Position numbers and translations under genes: made by a program
Source of the DNA: an uncultured cyanobacterium
GTDB lineage: Bacteria; Cyanobacteriota; Cyanobacteriia; Cyanobacteriales; Nostocaceae
Assembly: GCA_963706595.1 (NCBI GenBank)
Contig: OY970166.1
Span: forward strand, 2,944,001 to 3,008,000
Length of the DNA: 64,000 nucleotides
Reading direction: 5' to 3'
Part shown: positions 39,569-49,986 of the stretch, piece by piece
Position numbering within the stretch: position 1 is the first letter of the stretch
Layout of the letters: each line of letters opens with the position of its first letter
Notes under the pieces: generated by a model
Seen by the model: the letters and a program-made list of their open reading frames with translations, nothing else
What the model was told of the DNA's origin: nothing
Databases searched by the model: none

Positions 39569-41758
39569 ATGCAACAACAGGGTGAAGGTTACAGGAATTT
39601 AGCAGATTCTCTTAAGTCTGCATCTGCATTACTGAATTTAGATTTTCGGTCATCATTAAATCAAGATATTCTTACTGTTTGCAATCATCTGGCTAATCCC
39701 AGTTTTCGGATTGCGGTTTTCGGACCTTTTAATCATGGCAAATCTACTTTATTAAATGCCATATTGGGAAATCGCACGTTACCAATTGATTTGATTCCCA
39801 CCACAGGCGCAATGATTACTGTGAAGTATGGTTTAGATGTGCGAACTCGCATTATGTTGGTAGATGGGACAGAAGTTGATCGCAGTGGGACGGAAATTTT
39901 ACAGAAATTTGCTATTCTTGATGGTGATAGACAGATGCGAAAAGATGTAGCATCTGTAGAAGTTTTTTATCCTCATCCACTGTTGAAAACTGGTGTGGAA
40001 CTTATCGATTTACCAGGAACAAATGACCGAGAGGCGCAAGATAATTTAGTTAAAGAGCAACTTTTAAGTGTAGATTTAGTAGTTCAGTTATTAGATGCAC
40101 GCAAGTTGATGACTTTAGGTGAACGAGAAAATTTGCGCGATTGGTTATCTGATAGAGGAATTAAAACAGTTATTTTTGTGGCTAATTTTCTGAATTTACT
40201 AGAAGTAGAAGAACAAAAACAAGTACAAAATCGCTTGCTATTTGTCGCAGAAAGTTTTCGTACAGATTTACCTCCAGGTTTTAGTAATTTATATCGGGTT
40301 GATGCTTTACCTGCTTTACGCGCTAGATTGAAGGGTGATGTGGCGGCTGCTAATAGTAGCGGTTTAGTGGCTTTTGAAACTGCTTTGCAGAATATTGTCA
40401 GTATTTTACAACAAAATAGCGGTGGTGTACGGTTGCCAAGGGTGCAGGCGATCGCCTCTCAAATTCAATTATCATTAAAGGCTAAAATTGACCCTCTGAT
40501 TCATGAGATCACAGCCTTGGATGATAAACAAAATAAAAAATTTGCGATTAAAGAAAAAGCTGCTAACTTAATTAGCCAAGGCTTTAGTAAAAGTTTAAAA
40601 GAGTTATGTAATTGGTTACATTTACCCAATTTACTGGCAAAATATCAAACTGATGGTGCAGTAGCATTAGCAGAAAGTAAATTTAAATCTTGGCAAAATG
40701 ACACGATAAAAAAAGATTTAATAGAGTTACAGTTAGCTGTAATGAAATGGCTATATCAAGCTTATGAATTTTTTCAAGAAGAACGACCAGAAGATTTATT
40801 AATTCGCTTACCGAGTGAACCACAAATCACTCTCCCGCCAAAACCAGGTAATACTGATCAGTTAAGTGAACCCGGTTCAATTGCAGTTGGTGGTGGTATT
40901 GGTTGGTTATTAGGTGGACCTGTGGGTGCTGCTGTAGTCGGGAGTATTTCTTATTTGTTAAATAAGAATATCCAACAACAAGATGATCAATTAGCTAATG
41001 AATCTTATCATCAGCAGGTTGCTAGAGTTTGTATCACAGTTATTGAGGATTATTTATCTAATTTGAGTAGTCAAGGTTTATCAATCTTGACTGAGTATGA
41101 ACAAAAAGCCGAAAAAGTTATTCGCTTTACAGTCAGCCAAGAAACACCAGAAGCTACTCAAAAACGTAAAGATTTGCAGCAATTACAAAATGCTTTTAAT
41201 CACTTATTGCGTGAGTTAGAAAAATCAAAAATTTCTTTAAATTATCCAACTTATCCAGAAGTCGCCAAAACCCAAAATACTCACCGTGTATACATTCCTA
41301 AAAGAGAGAAAGTGCAAACTTCCTCACCCAAGAATACTCAGCCAAGGGTAGAAACTCCAAAACAGCAAGTTCCCCCACCTCCTCAAACTTCTCCTCGTCC
41401 CCAAGAGGTGGACAAAAAATTTCGCAATTGGGAAATTGAAGAGGAAATGGCGCGCATGAAAGCACAAATGCGTTCTCCCGGTTCTCAAAATACCCAACAA
41501 CAGCAGCAAACCCAAAATAAACAATCATCTAATCCACCCAAAAATCAAGCGGAAAAAGATAAAATTGCTCGTGCTTATCGCATTTTAGGATTACAACCTA
41601 CTGCTTCTTTGGCTGATGTCAAACAGGCGTATAAGACTTTAGTTAAAAAATGTCATCCTGATTTATTTGTAAATCAGCCACAATTCCAAAAACAGGCAGA
41701 GGATAAGATGCGGTTAATTAATGAGGCTTATGATATTTTAGCGGATAATCATCAATGA
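39569..41758 (+). CDS. Dynamin-family GTPase with C-terminal DnaJ (J) domain
   Basis: GPFNHGKS, PTTG, DLPGTND, GGGIGWLLGGPVG paddle; AYRILGL...VKQAYKTLVKKCHPD...INEAYDIL. Confidence 0.9.
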   Translation: MQQQGEGYRNLADSLKSASALLNLDFRSSLNQDILTVCNHLANPSFRIAVFGPFNHGKSTLLNAILGNRTLPIDLIPTTGAMITVKYGLDVRTRIMLVDGTEVDRSGTEILQKFAILDGDRQMRKDVASVEVFYPHPLLKTGVELIDLPGTNDREAQDNLVKEQLLSVDLVVQLLDARKLMTLGERENLRDWLSDRGIKTVIFVANFLNLLEVEEQKQVQNRLLFVAESFRTDLPPGFSNLYRVDALPALRARLKGDVAAANSSGLVAFETALQNIVSILQQNSGGVRLPRVQAIASQIQLSLKAKIDPLIHEITALDDKQNKKFAIKEKAANLISQGFSKSLKELCNWLHLPNLLAKYQTDGAVALAESKFKSWQNDTIKKDLIELQLAVMKWLYQAYEFFQEERPEDLLIRLPSEPQITLPPKPGNTDQLSEPGSIAVGGGIGWLLGGPVGAAVVGSISYLLNKNIQQQDDQLANESYHQQVARVCITVIEDYLSNLSSQGLSILTEYEQKAEKVIRFTVSQETPEATQKRKDLQQLQNAFNHLLRELEKSKISLNYPTYPEVAKTQNTHRVYIPKREKVQTSSPKNTQPRVETPKQQVPPPPQTSPRPQEVDKKFRNWEIEEEMARMKAQMRSPGSQNTQQQQQTQNKQSSNPPKNQAEKDKIARAYRILGLQPTASLADVKQAYKTLVKKCHPDLFVNQPQFQKQAEDKMRLINEAYDILADNHQ

Positions 41759-41799
41759 ATTTGGTCTTAGGTTAAATAATTTGTAGATTATAATTACAA

Positions 41800-41985
41800 T
41801 ATAGCGGTTCTCGGTTGAGTGAGATATAAGAACCCTACCCCCAACCCCCTCCCCGAAAGCGAGGAGGGGGCTATGATGTACTTCATTCAAGTGAGGTACA
41901 AGCACTAATAATTAAACGCAGATGGACGCAGATAAACGCAGATAATTTTGTACTTTATTAGACTGGGAAATGCTATACCGCTATA
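41800..41985. mobile_element. Chimeric type A/type B MITE
   Basis: Type A body joined at CATTCAAGTG|AGGTACAAG to type B body; double end GCTATA-CCGCTATA. Confidence 0.8.
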
Positions 41986-42433
41986 ATTCTTCCCAAAATT
42001 TCTTGTTTAACAAAGCATCTACATCACTAGGAAATGGACAAACATCAGAAAAGTAAACATCAGGATAACCGTCTCTGACATTTTCCAAAGCCATTTCATA
42101 ACTTTTAGAGAGAATTTCTAAAATAAAATTTTTCAAACTGGGTGAATCTTCTAACTCAATTTGTAATCTTTGCCGAAAATTTCTAATTTCAATTTCCCAA
42201 CCTCGATAACAATCTGACATTGCTACATAACACCGCTTTAGTAAATGTTCCAATAAACGCACCAAAAAACCCTGCACTGTTTTACGCTGACTTTCCCCCA
42301 AAGACTCTACCTCTTCAATTAGATTTTCCCAATCTAAATTGTCTTTGTCTCTGGCTTTTAACTTACTGACGGTATCTTCAACCCAGAGATAAAAATCTTC
42401 ATCGTATAGGTTTTGGACTGATGTTTTACTCAT
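41981..42433 (-). CDS. DUF29 family protein
   Basis: LYDEDFYLW, LDWENLIEEVESLG, LLEHLLK, DSPSLK. Confidence 0.9.
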   Translation of the reverse strand: MSKTSVQNLYDEDFYLWVEDTVSKLKARDKDNLDWENLIEEVESLGESQRKTVQGFLVRLLEHLLKRCYVAMSDCYRGWEIEIRNFRQRLQIELEDSPSLKNFILEILSKSYEMALENVRDGYPDVYFSDVCPFPSDVDALLNKKFWEEL

Positions 42434-42479
42434 AATTTATATTTGCTGTTTCTTGTAACTTTACTTCGTATCTGGCAAA

Positions 42480-42514
42480 AATTACGAATTACGAATTACG
42501 AATTACGAATTACG
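42480..42514. repeat. STRR (AATTACG)x5 overlapping the Uma2 stop codon
   Basis: Direct reading. Confidence 0.9.
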
Positions 42515-43075
42515 AATTATATTAATATCTTCATAAATATCTGCCATCGTTAAATTTAAACCAACAGAATCTAAAAGTAATTTATCATCTTTACATAAAA
42601 CTTCCATTGACCAGTTACCCGCAACTTCTCGGCGATAAACTTCTACTTTGATTTGGTCTTGATATACCAACACATATTCTTGCAAACTATCTAGCATTTG
42701 ATAATTAAGGCGTTTTTCTCGTTTATCTGTGGTTTCTGTGGAATTAGATAAAACCTCGATAATTAAGCTAGGACGAGTTTTAAAATACCTTTCTTTATCT
42801 TCAGGATCACAGGTAACTAAAATATCAGGGTAATATAATATCTCGGCGTTCTGTACTTTGATTTTAACTTTCATATCTGACATGAAAGCACGACAGGAAC
42901 TTCCGCGAAGATGGGAGCGCAATAGGTTGTAAATATTGCCTGATATTAGGTTGTGTTCTTCACTAGCACCCGCCATTGCAAAGATTTGTCCAGCTATGTA
43001 TTCATGACGAATATCGCTGGATTTCTCGGCTTCTAGGTATTCTGCAACTGTGAGAATATTTATAGAAGATTGCAT
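42503..43075 (-). CDS. Uma2 family endonuclease
   Basis: RHEYIAG, MAGAS..HN, YYPD, IIEVLS.ST...DKREK. Confidence 0.9.
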   Translation of the reverse strand: MQSSINILTVAEYLEAEKSSDIRHEYIAGQIFAMAGASEEHNLISGNIYNLLRSHLRGSSCRAFMSDMKVKIKVQNAEILYYPDILVTCDPEDKERYFKTRPSLIIEVLSNSTETTDKREKRLNYQMLDSLQEYVLVYQDQIKVEVYRREVAGNWSMEVLCKDDKLLLDSVGLNLTMADIYEDINIIRNS

Positions 43076-43112
43076 AGGTTTTATATGGGATGAATTGTTA
43101 TTGATTTTCGGA

Positions 43113-43697
43113 CTACCAAATTTTACTCATCTTCAAATTAAATCCTGGTAAAACGTTTTCACCACTCACAGTTTCAGGATTTTCTAAACATTCTTCTGGT
43201 TGTCCAGGACGATAAATATAAACTCGGCGATGTTTACGGTCAATTAACCAAGCTAATTGTATTTCTGGTTCCTGCATATATTCTGTCATTTTGTCTTTTA
43301 ATGGTTGCAGGTTATCAGAAGCTGACCTTAATTCAATCAGAAAATCTGGACAAATAGGAGCAAATTTTTGTTTTTGTTCTGGTGTAAGTTGATTCCACCG
43401 GGCTAATTTTATCCAGGAAGCATCAGGCGATCGCTCTGCACCTGTTGATAGTTTAAATCCTGTGCTAGAATCAAAACAAATGCCCGTATTGTCTTGTTCT
43501 GCCCAAACATATAACTGTCCAGCAATATTAAAGTTACGGTTTCCTGTTTCTGAACCTGTAGGTGGCATAATTGATATTTCTCCAAGTTTATTCCTCTCAA
43601 TGCGTAAGTCGCGGTTTTCTTGACAGAATTCAAAAAATTGATCATCTGTCATTACGATTGATGAGGGAAAATGTAATATCAAAGGGGATGAAAGCAT
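43113..43697 (-). CDS. Uma2 family endonuclease
   Basis: IMPPTG, FDSSTGF, RSPDASW, PDFLIELRS. Confidence 0.9.
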   Translation of the reverse strand: MLSSPLILHFPSSIVMTDDQFFEFCQENRDLRIERNKLGEISIMPPTGSETGNRNFNIAGQLYVWAEQDNTGICFDSSTGFKLSTGAERSPDASWIKLARWNQLTPEQKQKFAPICPDFLIELRSASDNLQPLKDKMTEYMQEPEIQLAWLIDRKHRRVYIYRPGQPEECLENPETVSGENVLPGFNLKMSKIW

Positions 43698-43815
43698 GGT
43701 AAATCTCTCCTACTTTGCTTACCCAAACAACTTAATTATATCTATATATAAAAATGGTGGGTTACGCGATCGCTAACCCACCCTACGAATATACTAATAT
43801 TGGTGTTAATTAAAC

Positions 43816-44454
43816 TTACTTGTTAGGCTGAGGAGTCATCCGCAAATAAGGTTTGATTTCTTTGTAACCTTTGGGGAATTTCTCTTTGAGAACTTCAGGA
43901 TCTTTCAATGAGGGTACAATTACGCAGTCTTCTCCATCTTTCCAGTCAGTCGGGGTAGCTACGCTGTAATTATCTGTTAATTGCAGAGAATCAATTACTC
44001 GCAATAGTTCATCAAAGTTGCGTCCTGTGCTGGGGGGATAGGTGAAGCTAAGACGCAGTTTTTTGTGAGGGTCGATAACGAAGACCGAACGCACTGTGAT
44101 GTTTGCAGCTGCGTTGGGGTGAATCATGTCATAAAGGTCAGAAACCTTTTTGTCTGCATCTGCGAGAATGGGATAGTTGAGGGCGGTTCCTTGAGTTTCT
44201 TCGATATCTCCCACCCAGCCATTATGGGAGTCAACATCATCAACGCTGAGTGCGATCGCTTTCACGTTACGCTTGTCAAATTCGGGCTTTAGTTTGGCAA
44301 CTGTGCCTAATTCTGTGGTACAAACAGGTGTAAAGTCAGCAGGGTGAGAAAACAGCACTACCCAGCTGTCACCCGCCCATTCGTGAAAGTTGATATCGCC
44401 GTGTGTAGAGGCTTGTGTAAAGTTGGGTACTGTATCACCAAGACGCAGAGTCAT
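43816..44454 (-). CDS. 1-Cys peroxiredoxin (Prx6)
   Basis: FSHPADFTPVCTTE, YPPSTGRNFDE. Confidence 0.95.
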   Translation of the reverse strand: MTLRLGDTVPNFTQASTHGDINFHEWAGDSWVVLFSHPADFTPVCTTELGTVAKLKPEFDKRNVKAIALSVDDVDSHNGWVGDIEETQGTALNYPILADADKKVSDLYDMIHPNAAANITVRSVFVIDPHKKLRLSFTYPPSTGRNFDELLRVIDSLQLTDNYSVATPTDWKDGEDCVIVPSLKDPEVLKEKFPKGYKEIKPYLRMTPQPNK

Positions 44455-44645
44455 GCAAGATTCCCTGTAATTTAGAAAGGCTTATGTATTTTACATTGCC
44501 ATCATGACATACAACACAGTTTCTCCATTGGCTTTTAGAAGTTTTTAACAAAATTTTAGTTTTTTAACGTATCAGGAAATACAAATTAATTAAAGTTGAA
44601 TAAACATAGCATTTCTTAATCTGTGAGGTAGGGATTGGTCTGTGT

Positions 44646-45824
44646 TTATTTTGTGATAATTTTTTGGTAGGCTTGGATGATTTGACGCGCGATCGCACTC
44701 CAACTAAAATACTCTAAAGCATAATTTTGGGCATTTAACCCCCGTTTCTGACATTCTTGGGGATTTTGCAAAGCTTCTGCAATTAACTTGACAAAAGTTT
44801 CTACCTTTGTTGCACCTACCCAGCCTGACTGGCTATCACGCACCTGTTGCCAAATATGCACCTGGTCAGAAATAACTACGGGTATACCTGCTACCATGGC
44901 TTCAGCGACAGCAATACCAAAATTTTCATAGTAAGAAGGCAATACGAATAAATCAGCAGCTTGTAGTAAACTAGCTTTTAACTCACCACTAACAAAGCCT
45001 GTAATTGTAGTATGCGATCGCAATGGTGAATTAGCAATCTGATCTTTAATTTTTTGCTCATAATCTGGATCTTGAGAATTTGTCCCAGCTAAAACAAAGT
45101 GAAAACTGCACTTAGACTCTAAAAGCTTTTCTAGGGCTGGAATTAACAAATCTAACCCTTTTTTTTGGTCAATTCTCGACATAAACAACACCAACGGCAA
45201 ATCTTTAGGTATTCCCCATTGACTACGGACTAAACTCCCCCCATTTCCCAGCTTTTCTGAGGGAATTACACCCAAAGGAATCACCAAATCTCGTGTAACA
45301 ACCCCAAAGCGTTCTGATATTTTCGCTTCTTGTTCACTAGTAAAATGAATTGCGGCTGCATCAGCTAGATTTCGACGTTCAATAAGTCCAGCATAAAGCT
45401 GTTTTAATTGCTTTTTCTTCCGTAAATCAGCCGGATCAAGAGTTCCTAAAGGACGCAAAATATAAGGTAGCTTTTGCTGACGACATACCCTAGCCGCCGC
45501 ACTACTTACAGGAGAGAATAAAGCATGAATATGCGCCACATCATATTCACAAGCGTGAACTTTTAACCATTTCAATAAATCAAGAGAAAACTTATAGCGA
45601 CGAAATGGGGCGCAACGAAAATAAATGATTTCATAACCATTTTGTTTCACTGGACAATTTAAAGGCACATCCAGAGGTTTTTGTCCACTATCACCATTAC
45701 TATTAGTGGTGATAATCGTGACTTCTACTTTCTCTTTCGCCAAAGCAGAAGCCAGCCCAATTACCATTTGACTGGGACCGCCATAAACAACAGAAATTGA
45801 AGGAATAATTTGTAAAATTTTCAT
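44646..45824 (-). CDS. hpsP: GT4 glycosyltransferase, HpsP-like (hormogonium polysaccharide)
   Basis: YGGPSQ, ENFGIAVAEAM; position in an hps-like cluster. Confidence 0.75.
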   Translation of the reverse strand: MKILQIIPSISVVYGGPSQMVIGLASALAKEKVEVTIITTNSNGDSGQKPLDVPLNCPVKQNGYEIIYFRCAPFRRYKFSLDLLKWLKVHACEYDVAHIHALFSPVSSAAARVCRQQKLPYILRPLGTLDPADLRKKKQLKQLYAGLIERRNLADAAAIHFTSEQEAKISERFGVVTRDLVIPLGVIPSEKLGNGGSLVRSQWGIPKDLPLVLFMSRIDQKKGLDLLIPALEKLLESKCSFHFVLAGTNSQDPDYEQKIKDQIANSPLRSHTTITGFVSGELKASLLQAADLFVLPSYYENFGIAVAEAMVAGIPVVISDQVHIWQQVRDSQSGWVGATKVETFVKLIAEALQNPQECQKRGLNAQNYALEYFSWSAIARQIIQAYQKIITK

Positions 45825-46003
45825 TATTTTGTGTGATTATTTGCGTTCGTATGCGAACCTTTAACTATTAACCAAAGTGAGTTCGACGGAACCTAACCCC
45901 AACCCCTTCCCTACCAGGGAAGGGGCAAAAATCTCTAACTTGGTAGGAAATAATAGGCTTTTTAAGCCTCTCTCCTTACAGGGGAGAGGTTTGGAGAGGG
46001 GTT

Positions 46004-47176
46004 CTATCCGTTAACCAATTCTTGATAAAACTCAAATTGCTGCTGTGCTAAAGCCTGATTAGTATATTTTTTCATAGCTTTTTGATAACCTTTTTTACCA
46101 ATATTCTCAGCAAAATTTGGTTGGTCTATTAATTGCACTAAGCAATTAGCTAAAGCTGGAACATCACCTTCAGGAAATACTAAACCAGCATCGCCAATTA
46201 CATGGGGAATTTCCCCAGAATCAGAACCAATTACCGGAACTTGGCAAGCCATAGCCTCAATTATGACATGACCAAATTGTTCTTTCCAGCCCACAGCCGT
46301 TAAAGTTTTAAATTTATAAGTAGTTTCTGAAGGTAGTACCAAGGTACTCATTAAGTTGATATAATTGGCAACTTGATCATGGGGGACACTTTCTACTAAA
46401 ATTACTCGTTCTCTCAGATTATTTTCTGTGGTAATTTTAATTAATTCTGCTTGTAACTCTCCCCGTCCCAGTAGTAATAATTTCCAAGGTTTATCTTTGA
46501 TAGTTACTAAGGCTTGCAAAAGCGTTAATAAACCTTTTTCGGGGACAAAACGCCCCACAAATCCTATCACAAACTCATCAGATTTAATCCCCAATTTACT
46601 GGCTAATTCTGGTTGTTTTTTGGGAGTAAATAAGCGTTCATCAACACCCAATTGGGGCATCACTTTAATTTTACCTTGATATCCTTGTTGTCTGAGAACT
46701 TCTGCGCCGTCTTGATTACCAGAAATAATTCCGTGACTATGGTTAAGATTATATTTCTCTAATAAAGCAATAGGAAATTTTAGTTCGTAGGGCAAATTCC
46801 ACCAAGTAAAAAATATATTTTTTGCCTTAAGTCCTAATAGCTGATTGAGAAAAATCATTTGAGCATAAGCTAGTCCTCTAGAACCTTGTTCTACTTGGAT
46901 AATTTGGGGGCGAAATTCTCGTAATAAAGAGATTAAGTCAGTCCCAAAGGTGAGAAGTCCTTGATGATTTTGACTAAAGTTAGAAATTGGGACAATTTTA
47001 AAATTGCCTTCATCTCGGTATTGAGTGGTAATAACTTTGTTTTGGACACCCCCAGGTTTCCAGGTTTTAGGGACGATAACTGTTACTTCAATTCCTGGTT
47101 TTAATTGAGCTAAAGCTCGTAATTTTTCACAGTTCAGGTCTACAATGTAGGAATGACTAGCAACTAATATTTTCAT
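46004..47176 (-). CDS. hpsO: GT4 glycosyltransferase, HpsO-like
   Basis: WKEQFGHVIIEAMA, GSDSGEIP; cluster context. Confidence 0.75.
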   Translation of the reverse strand: MKILVASHSYIVDLNCEKLRALAQLKPGIEVTVIVPKTWKPGGVQNKVITTQYRDEGNFKIVPISNFSQNHQGLLTFGTDLISLLREFRPQIIQVEQGSRGLAYAQMIFLNQLLGLKAKNIFFTWWNLPYELKFPIALLEKYNLNHSHGIISGNQDGAEVLRQQGYQGKIKVMPQLGVDERLFTPKKQPELASKLGIKSDEFVIGFVGRFVPEKGLLTLLQALVTIKDKPWKLLLLGRGELQAELIKITTENNLRERVILVESVPHDQVANYINLMSTLVLPSETTYKFKTLTAVGWKEQFGHVIIEAMACQVPVIGSDSGEIPHVIGDAGLVFPEGDVPALANCLVQLIDQPNFAENIGKKGYQKAMKKYTNQALAQQQFEFYQELVNG

Positions 47177-47247
47177 AAAATTTGGATATTTCTTAATAGT
47201 CAGATGTCAGAATTAAATTGTTTTAGCTAATGACCAATGACCAAAAA

Positions 47248-48228
47248 CTAAACTTTTTGATCAAGGTGACTATAAGTTTGACCATCATTCCAGATTGACT
47301 GAATGACAGTACCCAAGGCTTTGAGAAAACCCAAACTGTAAAAAATACCGCGAGTGACAATTTTTAAGGGTGAACCACTTTTGTTACAAGGCGGGTGTCC
47401 AAGAACATGACAGTCAAACAAAGCGGCGTATAAACGTAAGGCTTGGATGGTGTTGAGGTTTTTCAGCCCCATTAAGAAATGATTGTGGTAGAAGGTGAGT
47501 TGATACTTAAGCGATCGCATACTAATATCATGACAACCCCCAGTTTCTTCACCCAAATGGATCAAAAAAGCCTCTGGATCATACCAGATTTTATAACCCG
47601 TCTGGCGGATTCGCAAACAAAAGTCTGATTCTTCGCGCACCGCACTACCGCGAAACCTTTCGTCAAAGTGCAGTCCATATTTAGTAAAAATTTCGCGGCG
47701 AAAAGACATATTGCAACCCCTAGCTGTTAATACTTGCTGGGGTTTGATGGTGTGGACTAAATCAATGTGATACCAAGCGATTCCAGGGTCCATTGCTTGG
47801 GGAGGTAAATATTCAATCTGCAACTCCCCACCCGAATCACTTAATTTACCTCTATCAAATACTCGCCCAGCTACAGCCCCTATTTCTGGATTCTGCACAT
47901 AGTTTTTTGCATGGGCTGCTAAAAATTCCGGGGTGATTTCCACATCATCATCAATAAATAAAATGATTTCACCTTGTGAACGCCGCACGCCATAATTACG
48001 CGCCCCTGGTAAACTCGCCCAGTCTAAGCGAAACCATTGGATTTTAGCTGCTGCGGAGATTTCTTCCAGGTAAGCTTGAATTTCTGGTTCGTGTGTGGGA
48101 GATTGGTCTACTACCAAAACCTCAAAGTGAGGATAGTCCTGATTTAAAACATCTACAATGCTGTCCCGCAGAGTTTCTTCTCTCCCATAGGTGGGGATAA
48201 TGACGGAAATCAAAGGCAAATCATTCAT
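47248..48228 (-). CDS. hpsN: GT2 glycosyltransferase, HpsN-like
   Basis: SVIIPTY, ARNYG, FIDDD, GCNMSFRR; cluster context. Confidence 0.75.
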   Translation of the reverse strand: MNDLPLISVIIPTYGREETLRDSIVDVLNQDYPHFEVLVVDQSPTHEPEIQAYLEEISAAAKIQWFRLDWASLPGARNYGVRRSQGEIILFIDDDVEITPEFLAAHAKNYVQNPEIGAVAGRVFDRGKLSDSGGELQIEYLPPQAMDPGIAWYHIDLVHTIKPQQVLTARGCNMSFRREIFTKYGLHFDERFRGSAVREESDFCLRIRQTGYKIWYDPEAFLIHLGEETGGCHDISMRSLKYQLTFYHNHFLMGLKNLNTIQALRLYAALFDCHVLGHPPCNKSGSPLKIVTRGIFYSLGFLKALGTVIQSIWNDGQTYSHLDQKV

Positions 48229-48327
48229 GTGTTTTGATCTTCAAATAAACTTGCGGCTTGACCATCGAATTCTTTGTTGAAGTTACCATTTTTAATGCTA
48301 TTTCGCTGGTAACTGGAGTAGAAATAA

Positions 48328-49986
48328 TTAAACTTTTGCCCGGAAAGATTTCTTCTTTGTCGTTTCTATAGGCTGAACATTTTTTTGTTCTTGTTTATCC
48401 ACTACTGCCAATTTAAACAATACACCTGCAAAAAACCAGTAGTATACAGCCACTGGATCAACATCTAAAGGATAATAGTAAGTATTATAGCTAATAACCA
48501 GTATAAACACCCACACAGAAGCAGCATAAGTGCGTAAACTAGGGTCTTTAATGGAGCGATATGTTTTAAAAGCAGTAATTGTCAGGGTTGTGACCAAAGC
48601 TAAAAATCCTAGCACTCCCACAATACCTACCTCCCATAGCACCTTGGGGTAGTATGTTTCTACAAGCTTAGTTCTACCCAATGCCCTGGCTGAGTTAGTA
48701 GCCCGACCTAAGCCGCTACCGATGGGGCTGGCAACATTTTTCCAATTTTCTTCAAACTGATTGAGAATAAAATCTTCGGGGGGTGCAGCGGCGGCGCGAC
48801 CCGCAAAACTATCTATTCGTTCTTGCACAATATCTGGGTAACTTACCATCGCAATTCCTAGAATTAGGGCAAGTCCCATTCCCATCGGGATTAAACGTTT
48901 TAGGTTAGCAATTTGACCAGTCAGGATGAGCAAGAGTACGAAGCAGACTGGCACTAGGGCTAAGGCAATTCTCTGTCCGGAGACCACGGCATTGATAAAC
49001 ACCGTTGCCAAAGAACCTAAACCTAATAACCGCCAAATAAGTGAAGGATCAGCGAAACCTGTGGCAAAGGCAAAAAAGGTGCTAGAAATCAAAAACCATG
49101 CCCATTGCCAAGGGGCAACAAAGGTTCCTGGTAAGCGAATTACTCCCTGACTAGGACTATAAAGTAGAGAACCACCAAAATAACATCGAGCCTCTAGTGT
49201 GGCTTTAAATAAATCGTCACCTGAAGCATTTCTAGTGCCTTCACAGACTCCAGTTAGTAGTAACACATATTGAATAATTCCCAGCGTACAGCAGGTAAGT
49301 ATGATCCCCACCTGGAGGCGCGATAAAAATAGAAAGTCTTTTTTATTCCGAACTAAATAGTAAGCACAACCAATCAATGGCACATAACCCAAAAATACTT
49401 TTAGTCCCAGAATACCCATACCTATAGGATTTTCATCGGGGGGTTTTTGCAAGAGTCCCACTGTGGGGGGATTAAGGTGTTGTCCACCATTGATAAATAC
49501 AAGTGTTAATAGGCAACATCCAAATAAAATCAATAGAGGAGTTTTAATAGCTTTGGGAACTATTAGAGGTAGTCCTTGTTTGCGGCAGGTTTGCCACAAT
49601 GCAATCAAGGCGGGGATGTAAAAAGAATCTTTAGCCAGTTGCAAAACGGGACTGTTGCCGATGTAATAGGTGATAGTACCCCCAAATGGCATATAAATCA
49701 GAAAAGCAAATAAGGCTGTGCGGGGGTATTTGTAGGAAAAGGACATGATCAGAATTGCCGCCACCCCAGGAAGTGCTATCTTAATTCCACCGACAAAAAA
49801 AAGTAGAATCCCAAAAAATACACTTGTAAAGCCTGCCGCAGTCAGCAGGCTGGTAAATTCTTTACGTCCTTGAGCTTTTTTACGCTTTTGGGCTAACCGT
49901 TCTTTAAGCGTCAGGATAGAAGCTTCATTTGTCTCCGGATTTTTTGAGGTCTTGGATTTCCGGGGTTTTGACTTTAATTTAGGCAT
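48328..49986 (-). CDS. hpsL: Polytopic Wzy/O-antigen-ligase-like membrane protein, HpsL-like
   Basis: ~12 TM helices, RLPGTF, PIGSGLG; upstream of three glycosyltransferases. Confidence 0.75.
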   Translation of the reverse strand: MPKLKSKPRKSKTSKNPETNEASILTLKERLAQKRKKAQGRKEFTSLLTAAGFTSVFFGILLFFVGGIKIALPGVAAILIMSFSYKYPRTALFAFLIYMPFGGTITYYIGNSPVLQLAKDSFYIPALIALWQTCRKQGLPLIVPKAIKTPLLILFGCCLLTLVFINGGQHLNPPTVGLLQKPPDENPIGMGILGLKVFLGYVPLIGCAYYLVRNKKDFLFLSRLQVGIILTCCTLGIIQYVLLLTGVCEGTRNASGDDLFKATLEARCYFGGSLLYSPSQGVIRLPGTFVAPWQWAWFLISSTFFAFATGFADPSLIWRLLGLGSLATVFINAVVSGQRIALALVPVCFVLLLILTGQIANLKRLIPMGMGLALILGIAMVSYPDIVQERIDSFAGRAAAAPPEDFILNQFEENWKNVASPIGSGLGRATNSARALGRTKLVETYYPKVLWEVGIVGVLGFLALVTTLTITAFKTYRSIKDPSLRTYAASVWVFILVISYNTYYYPLDVDPVAVYYWFFAGVLFKLAVVDKQEQKNVQPIETTKKKSFRAKV

